The notes beneath the pieces are model-generated. The model was not told the origin of the DNA, made no database searches, and was given only the letters and a program-made list of their open reading frames with translations. From Candidatus Latescibacterota bacterium (GTDB lineage Bacteria; Latescibacterota; UBA2968; GCA-2709665), in assembly GCA_965222075.1 (NCBI GenBank), contig OZ244937.1:4992001-5056000 (forward strand): a DNA stretch of 64,000 nucleotides, read 5' to 3'. Each line of letters starts with the position of its first letter. Within the stretch, counting starts at the first letter, position 1. Positions 9,396 to 19,238 of this stretch are shown here, one piece after another. The translations under genes were made by a program, and so were the position numbers.

Positions 9396-10049
9396 CTACA
9401 GCAGATCCGGCAGGTTCGGTTGCGCGGTTTTTCCCCGGTCGAGCCGGATGTAGGCCTCGGCGCGTTCGACGCCGCATTCGCGTCCTCGAATACGGTGCAT
9501 GAGTTCATGGTCCTGCCACACGGCCTCGCCGTCCTGGCTTTTGTGGCATAGCAGAGACCGGTGTTTCTGTTCGGCGACTTCGGAGATGTCCACGTAGTGG
9601 GTGGGATGGAAGTGCATGGATTGTCGGCCGGTCATGACTTCGAAATAGTAAAAGGCGAAGTCCGTCTCGGGGTTGAGGTAGGCGCTTAGCGCGAGCGAGG
9701 CGACGCACCGATGGTCGGGGTGCGTGTCCACGGGCCAGTGGGCGATGAGGATGTCGGGGCGCTCTTCAACCAAGCCTGCGGTGACCCGCGCGATGTTTTC
9801 GGTGGTGACGTTGATGCCACCGTGGGGGTAGTCCCAAACGATCCCCCGGACGCCGAGGACCTCGCAGGCCGCGAGGGCTTCCTCGGTGCGGACCTCTTTT
9901 TCCGGCCGGTGGAAGAATTGCCGGCCCGGCCGGAAGGCGGTGGCGTAGATGAAGACGACTTCGTGACCGGCCTGCACAGAACGAACGGCAAGCCCGCCAC
10001 AGCCGGATTCGGGATCGTCGGGATGCGCGCCGAAGATGATGATTTTCAT
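9396..10049 (-). CDS. PIG-L/LmbE family N-acetyl deacetylase
   Basis: AHPDDPE, HPDH and HKSQ motifs. Confidence 0.92.
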   Translation of the reverse strand: MKIIIFGAHPDDPESGCGGLAVRSVQAGHEVVFIYATAFRPGRQFFHRPEKEVRTEEALAACEVLGVRGIVWDYPHGGINVTTENIARVTAGLVEERPDILIAHWPVDTHPDHRCVASLALSAYLNPETDFAFYYFEVMTGRQSMHFHPTHYVDISEVAEQKHRSLLCHKSQDGEAVWQDHELMHRIRGRECGVERAEAYIRLDRGKTAQPNLPDLL

Positions 10050-10053
10050 GAAT
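9969..10053. repeat. 85-bp direct repeat (5' end of the PIG-L gene), second copy at 13008-13092
   Basis: The two copies are identical except for 2 adjacent mismatches. Confidence 0.95.
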
Positions 10054-10087
10054 TTGGTGGGAATATTTGTTGAGACTGACTAAACCG

Positions 10088-11221
10088 TCAGGTACTACTG
10101 TCAATTTCAGCCGCTCGTCTTAAAGCCAAAAACAACTCTTTTAAGGGTTGACTAACGGCACTGTCAGGCTCTGATAGTAAAAATTCCTGGTACGCATCCA
10201 GGAATGCCGACCGTAACCTGTGAAACAAGTGAAGAAAATGGCGCAAGAAACCTAAACAGTCGAGAATGGTAAATTCGATGCCTTCCGTCTCCTTGTATAA
10301 AGAGGCAGCATATTCAGCAACATCTTTTTTAATTGTTTCTGTAGTTACAAAAATATAGTTATCAACACGTATTCCAGCATTAGCCAGTTTATTTATTGCT
10401 AAATCAATGTCTTCTTTGGTTACCTCTTTGGCCTTCATTTCATAACAGGTGACAACTTGATCGTCATCAACCAGTGTAATCTCAACATCGCCTAAGGCCC
10501 CTGTCTGTTGATCCGCTGCGGTATGTGAATACAAGGGCTTGGGATATTCCCGTAATCTATCTGCTGCTGCCTTATAAGCCGCAGCTACTACCAAGACAGG
10601 AAGCCGACTGGACTTAGGACTCCTGAGATGTTGCTCAACTAAAGAAGCAATATCCTCAGACGATAATGGAATGCTATTTTGAGAAGTCCTCAATTCTTCC
10701 AAAAGCTGCTGCATACGCGTTTCTTGTTCTTGTTTGAAAATAAGAAGCTGGCGTAATGTTTCAGAAAGCAAATCTTGGGGCGTAAACTTGCCTTGGTGCG
10801 TGTCATCCAATAACTGAATTGTATCCGAGTACATTCGTTTGGGCCGTCCACTTATAGCTAAAGGCGGCGCTAACGGAACATTCATAGTCCGGAAACCTGG
10901 AGTCAAAAATGCAGTGGTAGAATTCACTGGCAAACCATATTTTGAGGCAAAAGGCCATATATACGCCTCGTCATAATCATTGCGTCCAGAAAATACATCT
11001 GGACCACCTATTTCTGTATAGGGCTTACGAATATCTACAGAAGGACGGTGAATTTTAGCAAGGGCACAAGTTATCAACATCCGAACGCCGGAACGGTTAG
11101 TCAAACAACGTGCTACGTATCGTACCCGTTCAAGGATTGCTTCATCTTTAATAATCGGCTGATCGAGATTGCTTTGGGCTATCTGGAGAGAATCTTCGAG
11201 TATTTTATCTGGGCTTGGCAT
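10088..11221 (-). CDS. Putative type II restriction endonuclease (SacI-family-like, PD-(D/E)xK)
   Basis: AT-rich 377-aa ORF overlapping the MTase stop. GDVEI...CYEMK catalytic-like motif. Confidence 0.7.
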   Translation of the reverse strand: MPSPDKILEDSLQIAQSNLDQPIIKDEAILERVRYVARCLTNRSGVRMLITCALAKIHRPSVDIRKPYTEIGGPDVFSGRNDYDEAYIWPFASKYGLPVNSTTAFLTPGFRTMNVPLAPPLAISGRPKRMYSDTIQLLDDTHQGKFTPQDLLSETLRQLLIFKQEQETRMQQLLEELRTSQNSIPLSSEDIASLVEQHLRSPKSSRLPVLVVAAAYKAAADRLREYPKPLYSHTAADQQTGALGDVEITLVDDDQVVTCYEMKAKEVTKEDIDLAINKLANAGIRVDNYIFVTTETIKKDVAEYAASLYKETEGIEFTILDCLGFLRHFLHLFHRLRSAFLDAYQEFLLSEPDSAVSQPLKELFLALRRAAEIDSST

Positions 11222-12078
11222 TCTGTAGACTCTTCTGATTTTTCGGGTTCATATAGGGAATAGTTGACCCAGAGAACTTCAATGCGATGTTGTTTGAGAT
11301 TATCTGGTCGCGTATTCGTTGAATGTGCTTTTTTAGCCGGAGCTTCTATGTAACTCCAGTCACCATAGAGTTCATCCATCAGTTTGCAGTGATATCCAGA
11401 CAGTGCGACCTTACCTTGAACGCTATGCAAAATCTCTGCTAAAGCGCAATGCTCATCGTTAGTCATTTCAAAGGCATAAGCTTTTGTGTCAGACCTTGAT
11501 TCGTGAACATACGGAGGGTCGCAATAGAAAAGAGTTTCTGCGCTATCGTAACGCTTGATTACTTCGTCAGCAGGCGCATTTTCAATTTGGACACGTAGTA
11601 ACCGTTGGGCTATTTCTGCTAAACTTTCAACACTACCAAGCCAACGAGATACTGCGCCAGCCATGCCTGAACGAGTCGTGAGCTTACAATGGGCCCAACG
11701 CCCCTCACTTGCTGTTTGGGCAAGTCCTGTACGAACTTGACGAGCGCGTACAAAAAACCGTCTTGCACGCTCAACATCTGTGATCTTACTATCTGAACCA
11801 TTGACAGCTATTCGAAGTTCTTTTCTGGCGAAGGGAGTTAAGCCAATAGCCTCAAGAAGCTCCTCTTTTTTGTCACGAAGAACCCGAAAGAAATTGACCA
11901 CCTCACCATCGATATCATTGTATGTTTCTACAGGTGAAGGAGTTCGGTTGAGCAGAACGGCAGCAGATCCCCCAAAAGGTTCACAATAATGAATGGTTTC
12001 TGGTAGTAGTGGTAGCAGCCAATCTAAGTGACTGTATTTGCCTCCGTACCAACCGAAAGCAATCTTTTTTGATGCCAT
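11179..12078 (-). CDS. DNA adenine methyltransferase, Dam/D12 class
   Basis: WYGGK, EPFGGS, YNDID and DPPY motifs in alpha-group order. Confidence 0.92.
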   Translation of the reverse strand: MASKKIAFGWYGGKYSHLDWLLPLLPETIHYCEPFGGSAAVLLNRTPSPVETYNDIDGEVVNFFRVLRDKKEELLEAIGLTPFARKELRIAVNGSDSKITDVERARRFFVRARQVRTGLAQTASEGRWAHCKLTTRSGMAGAVSRWLGSVESLAEIAQRLLRVQIENAPADEVIKRYDSAETLFYCDPPYVHESRSDTKAYAFEMTNDEHCALAEILHSVQGKVALSGYHCKLMDELYGDWSYIEAPAKKAHSTNTRPDNLKQHRIEVLWVNYSLYEPEKSEESTECQAQIKYSKILSR

Positions 12079-12128
12079 AGCGAACCCTCAATCATATTTA
12101 TGATGTTCAATGCCAGTGTCTTTTAAAT

Positions 12129-12420
12129 GAAGACAGTCTCCCTGATATAGACAGCCCTGTTCTGTTTGATATGCAGGATCATACCCCTTTTGAGCAAGTT
12201 TATTTATGCTTGCTTTGAAAGTGGTTGCCATAGTGTCTGTTCCCTTGCGATGTTTATATCCAAACCAACGGAGCCGTTAAGGGGTTAAAGGAAGTTGTGG
12301 CTGCCGTTTTTGGTTAGCCTTCCTTCCCAGATATTCGGCTATGGCTTCTCGGACGATTTCGGCCTTTGGCTTTCCTTCTTCTTCTGATACATGGTCTAAT
12401 TCTTGCAGTTGCGATAGAGT
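12129..12420. repeat. 292-bp direct repeat of 14653-14944 (5' end of the BamHI-like MTase plus 3' part of the RHH gene)
   Basis: Identical on visual comparison, offset 2524 bp. Confidence 0.95.
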
Positions 12421-12450
12421 GCTGAAGGGCGCTTTTTGGGGGCGGGCCGG
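12421..12450. repeat. 30-bp copy of mnmA internal sequence 15271-15300
   Basis: GCTGAAGGGCGCTTTTTGGGGGCGGGCCGG occurs at both positions. Confidence 0.92.
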
Positions 12451-12612
12451 GATCGCGTGGCCCGGGTGGCAGAAGCATTCTTCCCTGGACGACCCATGGG
12501 CATCAGAGGTCCACCGTCGGTTTGTCGCTCAGTGGTGTCATACAATCGACTTTGTTGATCGTATTGTAGGTAAAAATGATCGACAAATCATGTTGTGGCG
12601 AATCCATGAGCA

Positions 12613-12849
12613 TCAAAACACCTCCCGCCCCTCGACGATGTTCAGCAGCGCCGGAAATGCCATGATTCTCGCTCGGCGGCCGCTTGCAGACGCCAATACT
12701 TGCAACACGTCCCCCTTCTGCAAAACCTTGAGAAAACGTCTGGCCGTCGGTGCCGGAATTATTGCCGATTCAACAAAGTTCGAACTGCTGAAAACTGGGC
12801 GCTCGAAGATCCAGTCCAGGGCGCGAATCGCGTATTGGGACCGGGTCAT
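12613..12849 (-). pseudogene. C-terminal fragment of a Fic-family protein (wHTH tail)
   Basis: TRSQYAIRALDWIFERPVF...SGRRARIMAFPALLNIVEG resembles Fic protein C-termini. No Fic catalytic motif is present. Confidence 0.55.
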
Positions 12850-12851
12850 CT

Positions 12852-13088
<237 letters not shown>

Positions 13089-13161
13089 GAATCCTGATCC
13101 CTTGTTCCCTTATCTTTAGAAATTTAAAAATATAAAAATTCTTACTGCCTGGGGGGATCCG

Positions 13162-13755
13162 ATGCGTATTGCAAAGATAGAGTATCTTATCAGGTCGGGA
13201 CCTTTTTCAACCTCGCCGGAATGGGATGAAATCCTGGAGGAAATTGAGCAGGCAATCCAGGCAGTTGTATGGCCTCGTGGGAATACGTCTTTTGTGCTTA
13301 ATCCATCCAAGGGGAAGGGAAGAGGAGAAGGGAATGGTGTTAGACCAATTAAAGATGCATGTATGAAAACCCTAAAAGTGCTTGGATGGAATACCAGTGA
13401 AAGAAGAAATCCACTACGCCTGGACGCCACCAGACTGTTAAAAAATGGGAAAATGTTTGGCTTGGAATGGGAGACTGGTAATATCTCATCCAGTCACCGT
13501 GCGATCAATCGTATACTTCTTGGACATATGCAGGATATACTGGTTGGAGGGGTGCTTATCGTTCCCACTCGAGAACTTTATCAATACTTGACAGATAGGG
13601 TTGGTAATCTCCAGGAGTTAGAACCGTACTTTGTCGTATGGCAGTCCTGTCCTCTACAGCATGGTATGCTTTTGATTATCGCAGTTGAACACGATGGAAT
13701 TCAAGAAGGTGTGCCACGCATCCTGAAAGGCACAGATGGCCGAGCGCTCATTTAA
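13162..13755 (+). CDS. BamHI-like type II restriction endonuclease
   Basis: GNGVRPIK, EWETGNISSSHRAIN and YLTDRVGNLQELEPY closely match BamHI motifs (NGVVPIK, EFETGNISSAHRSMN, YLTDRVTNFEELEPY). Confidence 0.88.
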   Translation: MRIAKIEYLIRSGPFSTSPEWDEILEEIEQAIQAVVWPRGNTSFVLNPSKGKGRGEGNGVRPIKDACMKTLKVLGWNTSERRNPLRLDATRLLKNGKMFGLEWETGNISSSHRAINRILLGHMQDILVGGVLIVPTRELYQYLTDRVGNLQELEPYFVVWQSCPLQHGMLLIIAVEHDGIQEGVPRILKGTDGRALI

Positions 13756-13759
13756 CACA

Positions 13760-14755
13760 TCATTTCACTTTTTGAGCGAGGGTCAGTTCGCTTTGTGCGG
13801 CAGTTCGTGAGCGCGGTTTCTTACCACCGTTTCCACGAGAGGTTTCCCACTCTATGTCTCGTCCTTCCTGATAATCGTTTAACCGCTGAATTGTAGATTG
13901 TACCTCTCCAAGTTCGATCCCCAGCCAGAAGCGCTCCATTTTCTCAGCAGCGTAGAAGGTTGTTCCTGAACCTCCGAAAGGGTCCAGTACCAATTCACCT
14001 TTATTCGTCGTCATAGCAATAATTCGTTCCAGCATGACCGGGGCTAACTCGTTTCGCTTAAGTTCTCTGACTTTATATTTGCTATGGCGTACCGGTGGGA
14101 TATCGTCCCAGAGTTCTTCAGCTTCTGTCCAGCCATCTGAAATTGGATGACCGGCATCTTCCCATACCTCGTCAGACGCTTCGAAAACGTCCATTAAGTT
14201 GATCCCAAGAGGATTGAGCTTTTTGCGGTGCCCGCCGTAATCTCGTATTTCGCCACCACAGTGGCGGCAGGTTGGAATTGGTACATATACTTTGTTGAAA
14301 GTTCTGGGGGCACCCTTGGTATAATATAAAAGACCATAGTGCGCAGGTGACATCTTTTTACCACGGGGATAAGCTTTGGGCATCCGGCAGGCAATCCAAT
14401 GGCGAAAGAGCATGCTCCGCTGGTTCAGGAAGGCTCCGTAGGGAATTAACCATTTAGGAAGGTTAAAGACAAAAAGGGCTCCGCCTGTCACAAGAATACG
14501 TACACATTCATCTAACCATTCGTGCGACCATGCGATGTATTCTTCTTCCTTCAGATTATCGGAGATATTTCGCCCGTAATTTTTACCGAGATTGAATGGT
14601 GGGTCTGCAAAAATGGTGTGAACGGTGTTGTCAGGTACGGCTTTCAACCACCGAAGACAGTCTCCCTGATATAGACAGCCCTGTTCTGTTTGATATGCAG
14701 GATCATACCCCTTTTGAGCAAGTTTATTTATGCTTGCTTTGAAAGTGGTTGCCAT
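13760..14755 (-). CDS. Beta-class N4/N6 DNA methyltransferase (M.BamHI-like)
   Basis: FADPPFN precedes VLDPFGGSGTT (beta order). Convergent with the BamHI-like REase. Confidence 0.92.
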   Translation of the reverse strand: MATTFKASINKLAQKGYDPAYQTEQGCLYQGDCLRWLKAVPDNTVHTIFADPPFNLGKNYGRNISDNLKEEEYIAWSHEWLDECVRILVTGGALFVFNLPKWLIPYGAFLNQRSMLFRHWIACRMPKAYPRGKKMSPAHYGLLYYTKGAPRTFNKVYVPIPTCRHCGGEIRDYGGHRKKLNPLGINLMDVFEASDEVWEDAGHPISDGWTEAEELWDDIPPVRHSKYKVRELKRNELAPVMLERIIAMTTNKGELVLDPFGGSGTTFYAAEKMERFWLGIELGEVQSTIQRLNDYQEGRDIEWETSRGNGGKKPRSRTAAQSELTLAQKVK

Positions 14756-14800
14756 AGTGTCTGTTCCCTTGCGATGTTTATATCCAAACCAACGGAGCCG

Positions 14801-14992
14801 TTAAGGGGTTAAAGGAAGTTGTGGCTGCCGTTTTTGGTTAGCCTTCCTTCCCAGATATTCGGCTATGGCTTCTCGGACGATTTCGGCCTTTGGCTTTCCT
14901 TCTTCTTCTGATACATGGTCTAATTCTTGCAGTTGCGATAGAGTTAGGTAGCAGTTAAACGGAATCTTACGTTCAGATGTTCTACGATACAT
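14801..14992 (-). CDS. Ribbon-helix-helix (CopG-like) DNA-binding protein
   Basis: 63 aa: FNCYL beta strand, then LQELD...KAEIVREAIAEYL helices. GAAGGGGG SD. Co-oriented upstream of the MTase. Confidence 0.75.
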   Translation of the reverse strand: MYRRTSERKIPFNCYLTLSQLQELDHVSEEEGKPKAEIVREAIAEYLGRKANQKRQPQLPLTP

Positions 14993-15106
14993 AAGATCAC
15001 CCCCTTCAAATTTTGTATCCATTTGAGCAGGTAGAAAGATAGTATATATGTTGCAATATGTCAAGGTTGAATTTGAAGGCTTTGAAAATGGTGGGAGATG
15101 AGGGCC

Positions 15107-16159
15107 TCATTCAATAACGCCGCCGCCCAGGCAGATCCGGCCGTCGTAAAATACGGCGTGCTGGCCCGGGGCGATTCCGGGGTCTTTGGTGGATATTTTG
15201 ACGGAGAGGCGGGTTTCGCCGATAGGTTCGATCTGACAGGGGGTCAGTTCGGGGCCGTGACGGAGCTTGAGCTGAAGGGCGCTTTTTGGGGGCGGGCCGG
15301 AGATCCAGTTGAGGTCGGCGACGGTGAATTGGTCTCTGGCCTGCCGATTTCTGTGGGTTTTGTGGGCGACGTAGACGATGTTTTTTTCGATGTCTTTTTT
15401 GACGACGTACCAGGGGCCGCCGCTTAAACCCAGTCCCCCGCGCTGGCCGATGGTGTAGAACCAGAATCCGCGATGGCGGCCCAGGACGCGGCCCGAGTCG
15501 CGTTCGATGATGTTTCCCGGCCTTTCGCTGAGATGGAATTTGACGAAGTCGGGATATTTTATTTTTCCCAAGAAACAGATCCCCTGGCTGTCTTTGCGGT
15601 CTTTGTTGGGGAGGTCGAATTCCCGGGCGAGTGAACGGACTTCTGTTTTGTTCAGGTGCCCGATGGGGAAGAGGGCTTGCTTTAACTGGGCCTGGGTTAA
15701 ACCCGATAAGAAGTAGGTCTGGTCTTTTACCGGATCGGGAGACCTTTTGAGTACAAACTTTCCACCTGTTTCCTCAGTTTGAGCATAGTGGCCGGAGGCG
15801 ACTTTGTCGTAACGCTCATCGATACGGGCAACAAATTCGCCGAATTTGATCTGCCGGTTGCAGAGGATGTCGGGACTGGGGGTGTGCCCGATCTTCAGCT
15901 CGGCCAGGGAATGGGTGACAACTTTTTCGAGGTATTCGGCCTGAAGCGCAACGAGTTGGAGCGGGACACCGGCCTTTTCACAAACAGCGCGGGCGTAGTG
16001 GAGGTCCCTTTCCCAGGGGCAGTCACCGAGGAAGGCCAGGTCGTCTTCCAACCAGACTTTCAGATAAAAGGCGGCGATGTCGTGGCGGCCTTCGTTTACC
16101 AGCAGGTTGAGGGCGACGGAGCTGTCGACCCCGCCCGAGAGCAGAACGGCAATTTTCAT
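15107..16159 (-). CDS. mnmA: tRNA-specific 2-thiouridylase
   Basis: SGGVDSS, PDILCN, KDQTYFL, DSQGICF, TIGQR and APGQ motifs. Confidence 0.97.
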   Translation of the reverse strand: MKIAVLLSGGVDSSVALNLLVNEGRHDIAAFYLKVWLEDDLAFLGDCPWERDLHYARAVCEKAGVPLQLVALQAEYLEKVVTHSLAELKIGHTPSPDILCNRQIKFGEFVARIDERYDKVASGHYAQTEETGGKFVLKRSPDPVKDQTYFLSGLTQAQLKQALFPIGHLNKTEVRSLAREFDLPNKDRKDSQGICFLGKIKYPDFVKFHLSERPGNIIERDSGRVLGRHRGFWFYTIGQRGGLGLSGGPWYVVKKDIEKNIVYVAHKTHRNRQARDQFTVADLNWISGPPPKSALQLKLRHGPELTPCQIEPIGETRLSVKISTKDPGIAPGQHAVFYDGRICLGGGVIE

Positions 16160-16198
16160 GGGATGCGCTCCTTAGAAGAGGTAGAGGGCGGGCGGTGC

Positions 16199-17389
16199 CT
16201 ATTGGCTGTTCAAGGAGGGCAGCGGCTTGAGGGACGCGCCGGTGGGGCGCCTGCCGGTGGGCTGCCAGGGGATCTGCTCAGGGGCGCGGTAGGTGACGTC
16301 GAGGTGCGGGGTTTCAAGGCGGGTATGGCCGCGGTAGCGGGAGTCTAAGGCGGCTTCGAGGATGCCCGAGGTGAGCAGTGTGCGTTCGACCGGATAGGTC
16401 GGCCTGCGGGTGAGGAACATCTCTTCGATGTTCAGGCTGAGGTAGCTGAAGTGGGCGTGAGGCGGTTCGTGCTGCACGTAGAATTCGGTGGCGCAGGTCT
16501 TGCCGCCGATGCGGGCGGCGTAGGCCAGGTCGGTGACGTAGCCGTTGAGCATCAAGACCCCACCCCGGAAGCCGTCGCGGTATTCTACGAGGAAGAGGGC
16601 GGGGTTTTTGCAGTGTTCTTCCATGCCCCCGGGGGGTTTGTTTTCAATGGCGCCGCAGGCGGCCTCGGCCAGGTCGCGGGACCAGAGGCCGGTTTTCGCG
16701 GCCTCCCACACGGCGCGGCCTTCCAGGCAGGTAACGGCGGCGACGCCGGTTTCACCGCCGCGGCGGCGTTCGACCATGCACTGGAGCACCTCCAGGGTGT
16801 GGAAGCCGTAGATGTCCAGGCCCGAAAAGCCGATGGCAATCGCACTTTCGATGGGGGTCTCCAATCCGTGTTCCAGCCAGGGGTTGCGCCATCTGAGCGG
16901 GAGGGAAGAGCCGGCCATGAAGGGGGCGCCGAGTTGCGCCGCGCGGTTGACCATCCACTTAGCGTCGTGCCAGTTGTAGGAGAGGTGTTTGTCGTTGAAG
17001 ACGGGGATGGCCCGGCCGCTGGTGGAGAAGACGCCGCAGATCTGTTCCATAAAGTACTTGCGCGGGAAGAGGTGCTGCTCCTTCTCATTCCAGGCATAGT
17101 CGCCGTGTTCTCCGATGAGGAGCACGCCGTCTATGGCCAGGTCTCTGCCGCCGAGGGTGAGGGCTTTGACGATACTGGGATAGATCGGCACGCCATGTTC
17201 GGCGGCGATGGCCCGGCCGATGTCGTTTTCGGGGAACTGGTCGATGTAGATTGAGGCGATGTCGACACGCGGCGAGAGGAATCCGCCGTCTGTGGGAAAG
17301 CCTTTGAGGAATTTGGTGACGATGACGTCCGCATGCGAGCGGGGACGGTATTCGGTGATGACTGCGGCGATCTTTTTGCGTTTAGACAT
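16199..17389 (-). CDS. Conserved hypothetical protein, distantly oxidoreductase (Gfo/Idh/MocA)-like
   Basis: 396-aa ORF with SHADVI, IGEHGDY, FNDKHLS, MAGSSLP and YGFH motifs; codon pattern fits the operon. Confidence 0.7.
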   Translation of the reverse strand: MSKRKKIAAVITEYRPRSHADVIVTKFLKGFPTDGGFLSPRVDIASIYIDQFPENDIGRAIAAEHGVPIYPSIVKALTLGGRDLAIDGVLLIGEHGDYAWNEKEQHLFPRKYFMEQICGVFSTSGRAIPVFNDKHLSYNWHDAKWMVNRAAQLGAPFMAGSSLPLRWRNPWLEHGLETPIESAIAIGFSGLDIYGFHTLEVLQCMVERRRGGETGVAAVTCLEGRAVWEAAKTGLWSRDLAEAACGAIENKPPGGMEEHCKNPALFLVEYRDGFRGGVLMLNGYVTDLAYAARIGGKTCATEFYVQHEPPHAHFSYLSLNIEEMFLTRRPTYPVERTLLTSGILEAALDSRYRGHTRLETPHLDVTYRAPEQIPWQPTGRRPTGASLKPLPSLNSQ

Positions 17390-18414
17390 CAGGGAGAGCC
17401 TCCGGACCGTTCGTGTGAACCACCGAGTCGTTCGCGGACGGTCTGTTTCTGGATTTTGCCTACGGATGTGCGGGGCAGGACATCGGTGAATTCTACGCGG
17501 TCGGGGACTTTAAAGGGGGCGAGGCGTTGTGCACAGTGGGCCTGAACGGCTTCGGCGGTGAGGTCGCCGTCCGGTTTTTGGACGATGACGGCTACGACGG
17601 CTTCGTCGCGGATTTCGTCGGACATGCCCACGACGCAGGCGTCGAGTACGCCGGCGAAGTCCAGGATCGCGGCTTCGACTTCGATGCTGGAGATGTTCTC
17701 GCCCGAGCGTTTGATGAGGTCTTTGCCGCGGTCGAGAAAGTAGAGGAAGCCGTCCTCGTCAGCGTAGACGGTGTCGCCCGAATACAGCCAGGGTGCATCG
17801 TGGTGCATGCGAAGGGTTTCGGCGGTGGCTTCGGGGTTGTTGAGGTAGCCGAGCATCAGGGTGCGGCCGGGAATGCCGCGCACGATGATCTGGCCCTGCT
17901 CGCCGGACGTGACCTCCTGCCCCGGCGGTGGGTCGACGGGCTGATCGGCCAGTTCGGTTTCGTAGAGGGGGAGGTCGTCGGGCAGGTCGGCGTCCGTCTG
18001 GCAGAGCAGCACCCGGCGTCCGGTCAATTGGGCGGTGATTTCGCCGACGACGTCCAGACAGTCGGCCTGGGTAAAGATGATTTTGCTGTTGGAGTGTTCG
18101 ACGAGGTAGCCCAGTTCGTCGGGAGTGCCGACCGGGTTGGAGGGCATGGCGGCTGCGCCGAGGTACGACGCGGCGAGGATGAGCTGCGGGTAGGCGGGGT
18201 GGTTGGACAGGTGGAGGTTGAAGACGTCTCCCGACCCGATGCTCAGGGAGCGCAGCAGGTTTGCCGCCTGATGGACGCTGTCTAAGAACTCGGCGTAGGT
18301 CCAGCGGAAGACCCGGCCGTCTCCGCGCTCGTAGACGAGCCACTCCCGTTCGGGTTGCTGCGCGGTGTAGGCGGCGAATATGGAATAGAGCGTACGGTTT
18401 CCGGCGATGTCCAT
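17389..18414 (-). pseudogene. CaiC-like acyl-CoA ligase with a large in-frame internal deletion
   Basis: Has the N-terminus and the SGD, DRGKDLIKRSGENIS and PRTSVGK motifs. It is only 341 aa and lacks the TSGTT and YGxTE motifs. Confidence 0.75.
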
Positions 18415-18425
18415 CGCGGCGTCTT

Positions 18426-19175
18426 TCAGGTTTTGCGCCGGGAGAGGAATGCGGCGATGTTGGCGCGCGCCTCGTCGGCCGCGTAGCAGGCCTCAAACGC
18501 TTCGGAGGCGGTTGCGTCCCATTCGGCGCCCCGCAGGGGCGACATCCGGTTGAGCAGCGCTTTGGTATGGCTCAGCCCGGCGGGTGGGAATGCGGCGAGT
18601 TTGTGCGCGAGTTCATTGACGCGTTCGCTGAGGTGCTCGTCGGAGGCGACTTCGTTGACCAGGCCGAGTTCTTTTGCTTCCGCACCGGATACACGCACGC
18701 AGGTCAGGGTGAGCCAGCGGGCGTTTGTCCCGCCAACAGCGTCCACCAGCCGGCCCATCCCCCAGGGGGGCGTCCACCCCAGTTCGACTTCGGGCATTCC
18801 GAATCGCGCCGAGGCCGAGGCGATGCGGATGTCGTGGTAGAGCGCAAGAAAGATCCCACCACCAAGCACGTAGCCGTGCAGCATGGCGATGGTGGGTTGC
18901 GGCAGGGCGTCGAACAGGGCACAGGCGTCGGCCTGTTCGCGCTCGGCTTCGGCCGCACCGGCCGGTGAGAGGGGGGCAAGTTCCTTCAGGTCGCTGCCGG
19001 CGCAAAAGGCGCGCCCCTTCCCTCCTGTGACGACAACGCGGACGTCGGTTCGGTCTCGAAGCGCAGTGAGGTGCGCTGTGAGCTGGCGGACGCTCGCCAG
19101 GTCGAGGACGTTTAATACCTCCGGACGGTTGAGCGTGAGATAGCCGATTCCGTTTTCAACGGTGAGGTCGACCAT
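18426..19175 (-). CDS. Enoyl-CoA hydratase/isomerase family protein
   Basis: LNRPEVLN, AFCAGSDL, GGG and FGMPEVELG motifs. Confidence 0.92.
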   Translation of the reverse strand: MVDLTVENGIGYLTLNRPEVLNVLDLASVRQLTAHLTALRDRTDVRVVVTGGKGRAFCAGSDLKELAPLSPAGAAEAEREQADACALFDALPQPTIAMLHGYVLGGGIFLALYHDIRIASASARFGMPEVELGWTPPWGMGRLVDAVGGTNARWLTLTCVRVSGAEAKELGLVNEVASDEHLSERVNELAHKLAAFPPAGLSHTKALLNRMSPLRGAEWDATASEAFEACYAADEARANIAAFLSRRKT

Positions 19176-19238
19176 TTTGACTCCGGGTGAAGAAATGTGG
19201 ATTTCGAATTGAAGTGCATGTATTCCCCAAACCGCAAT

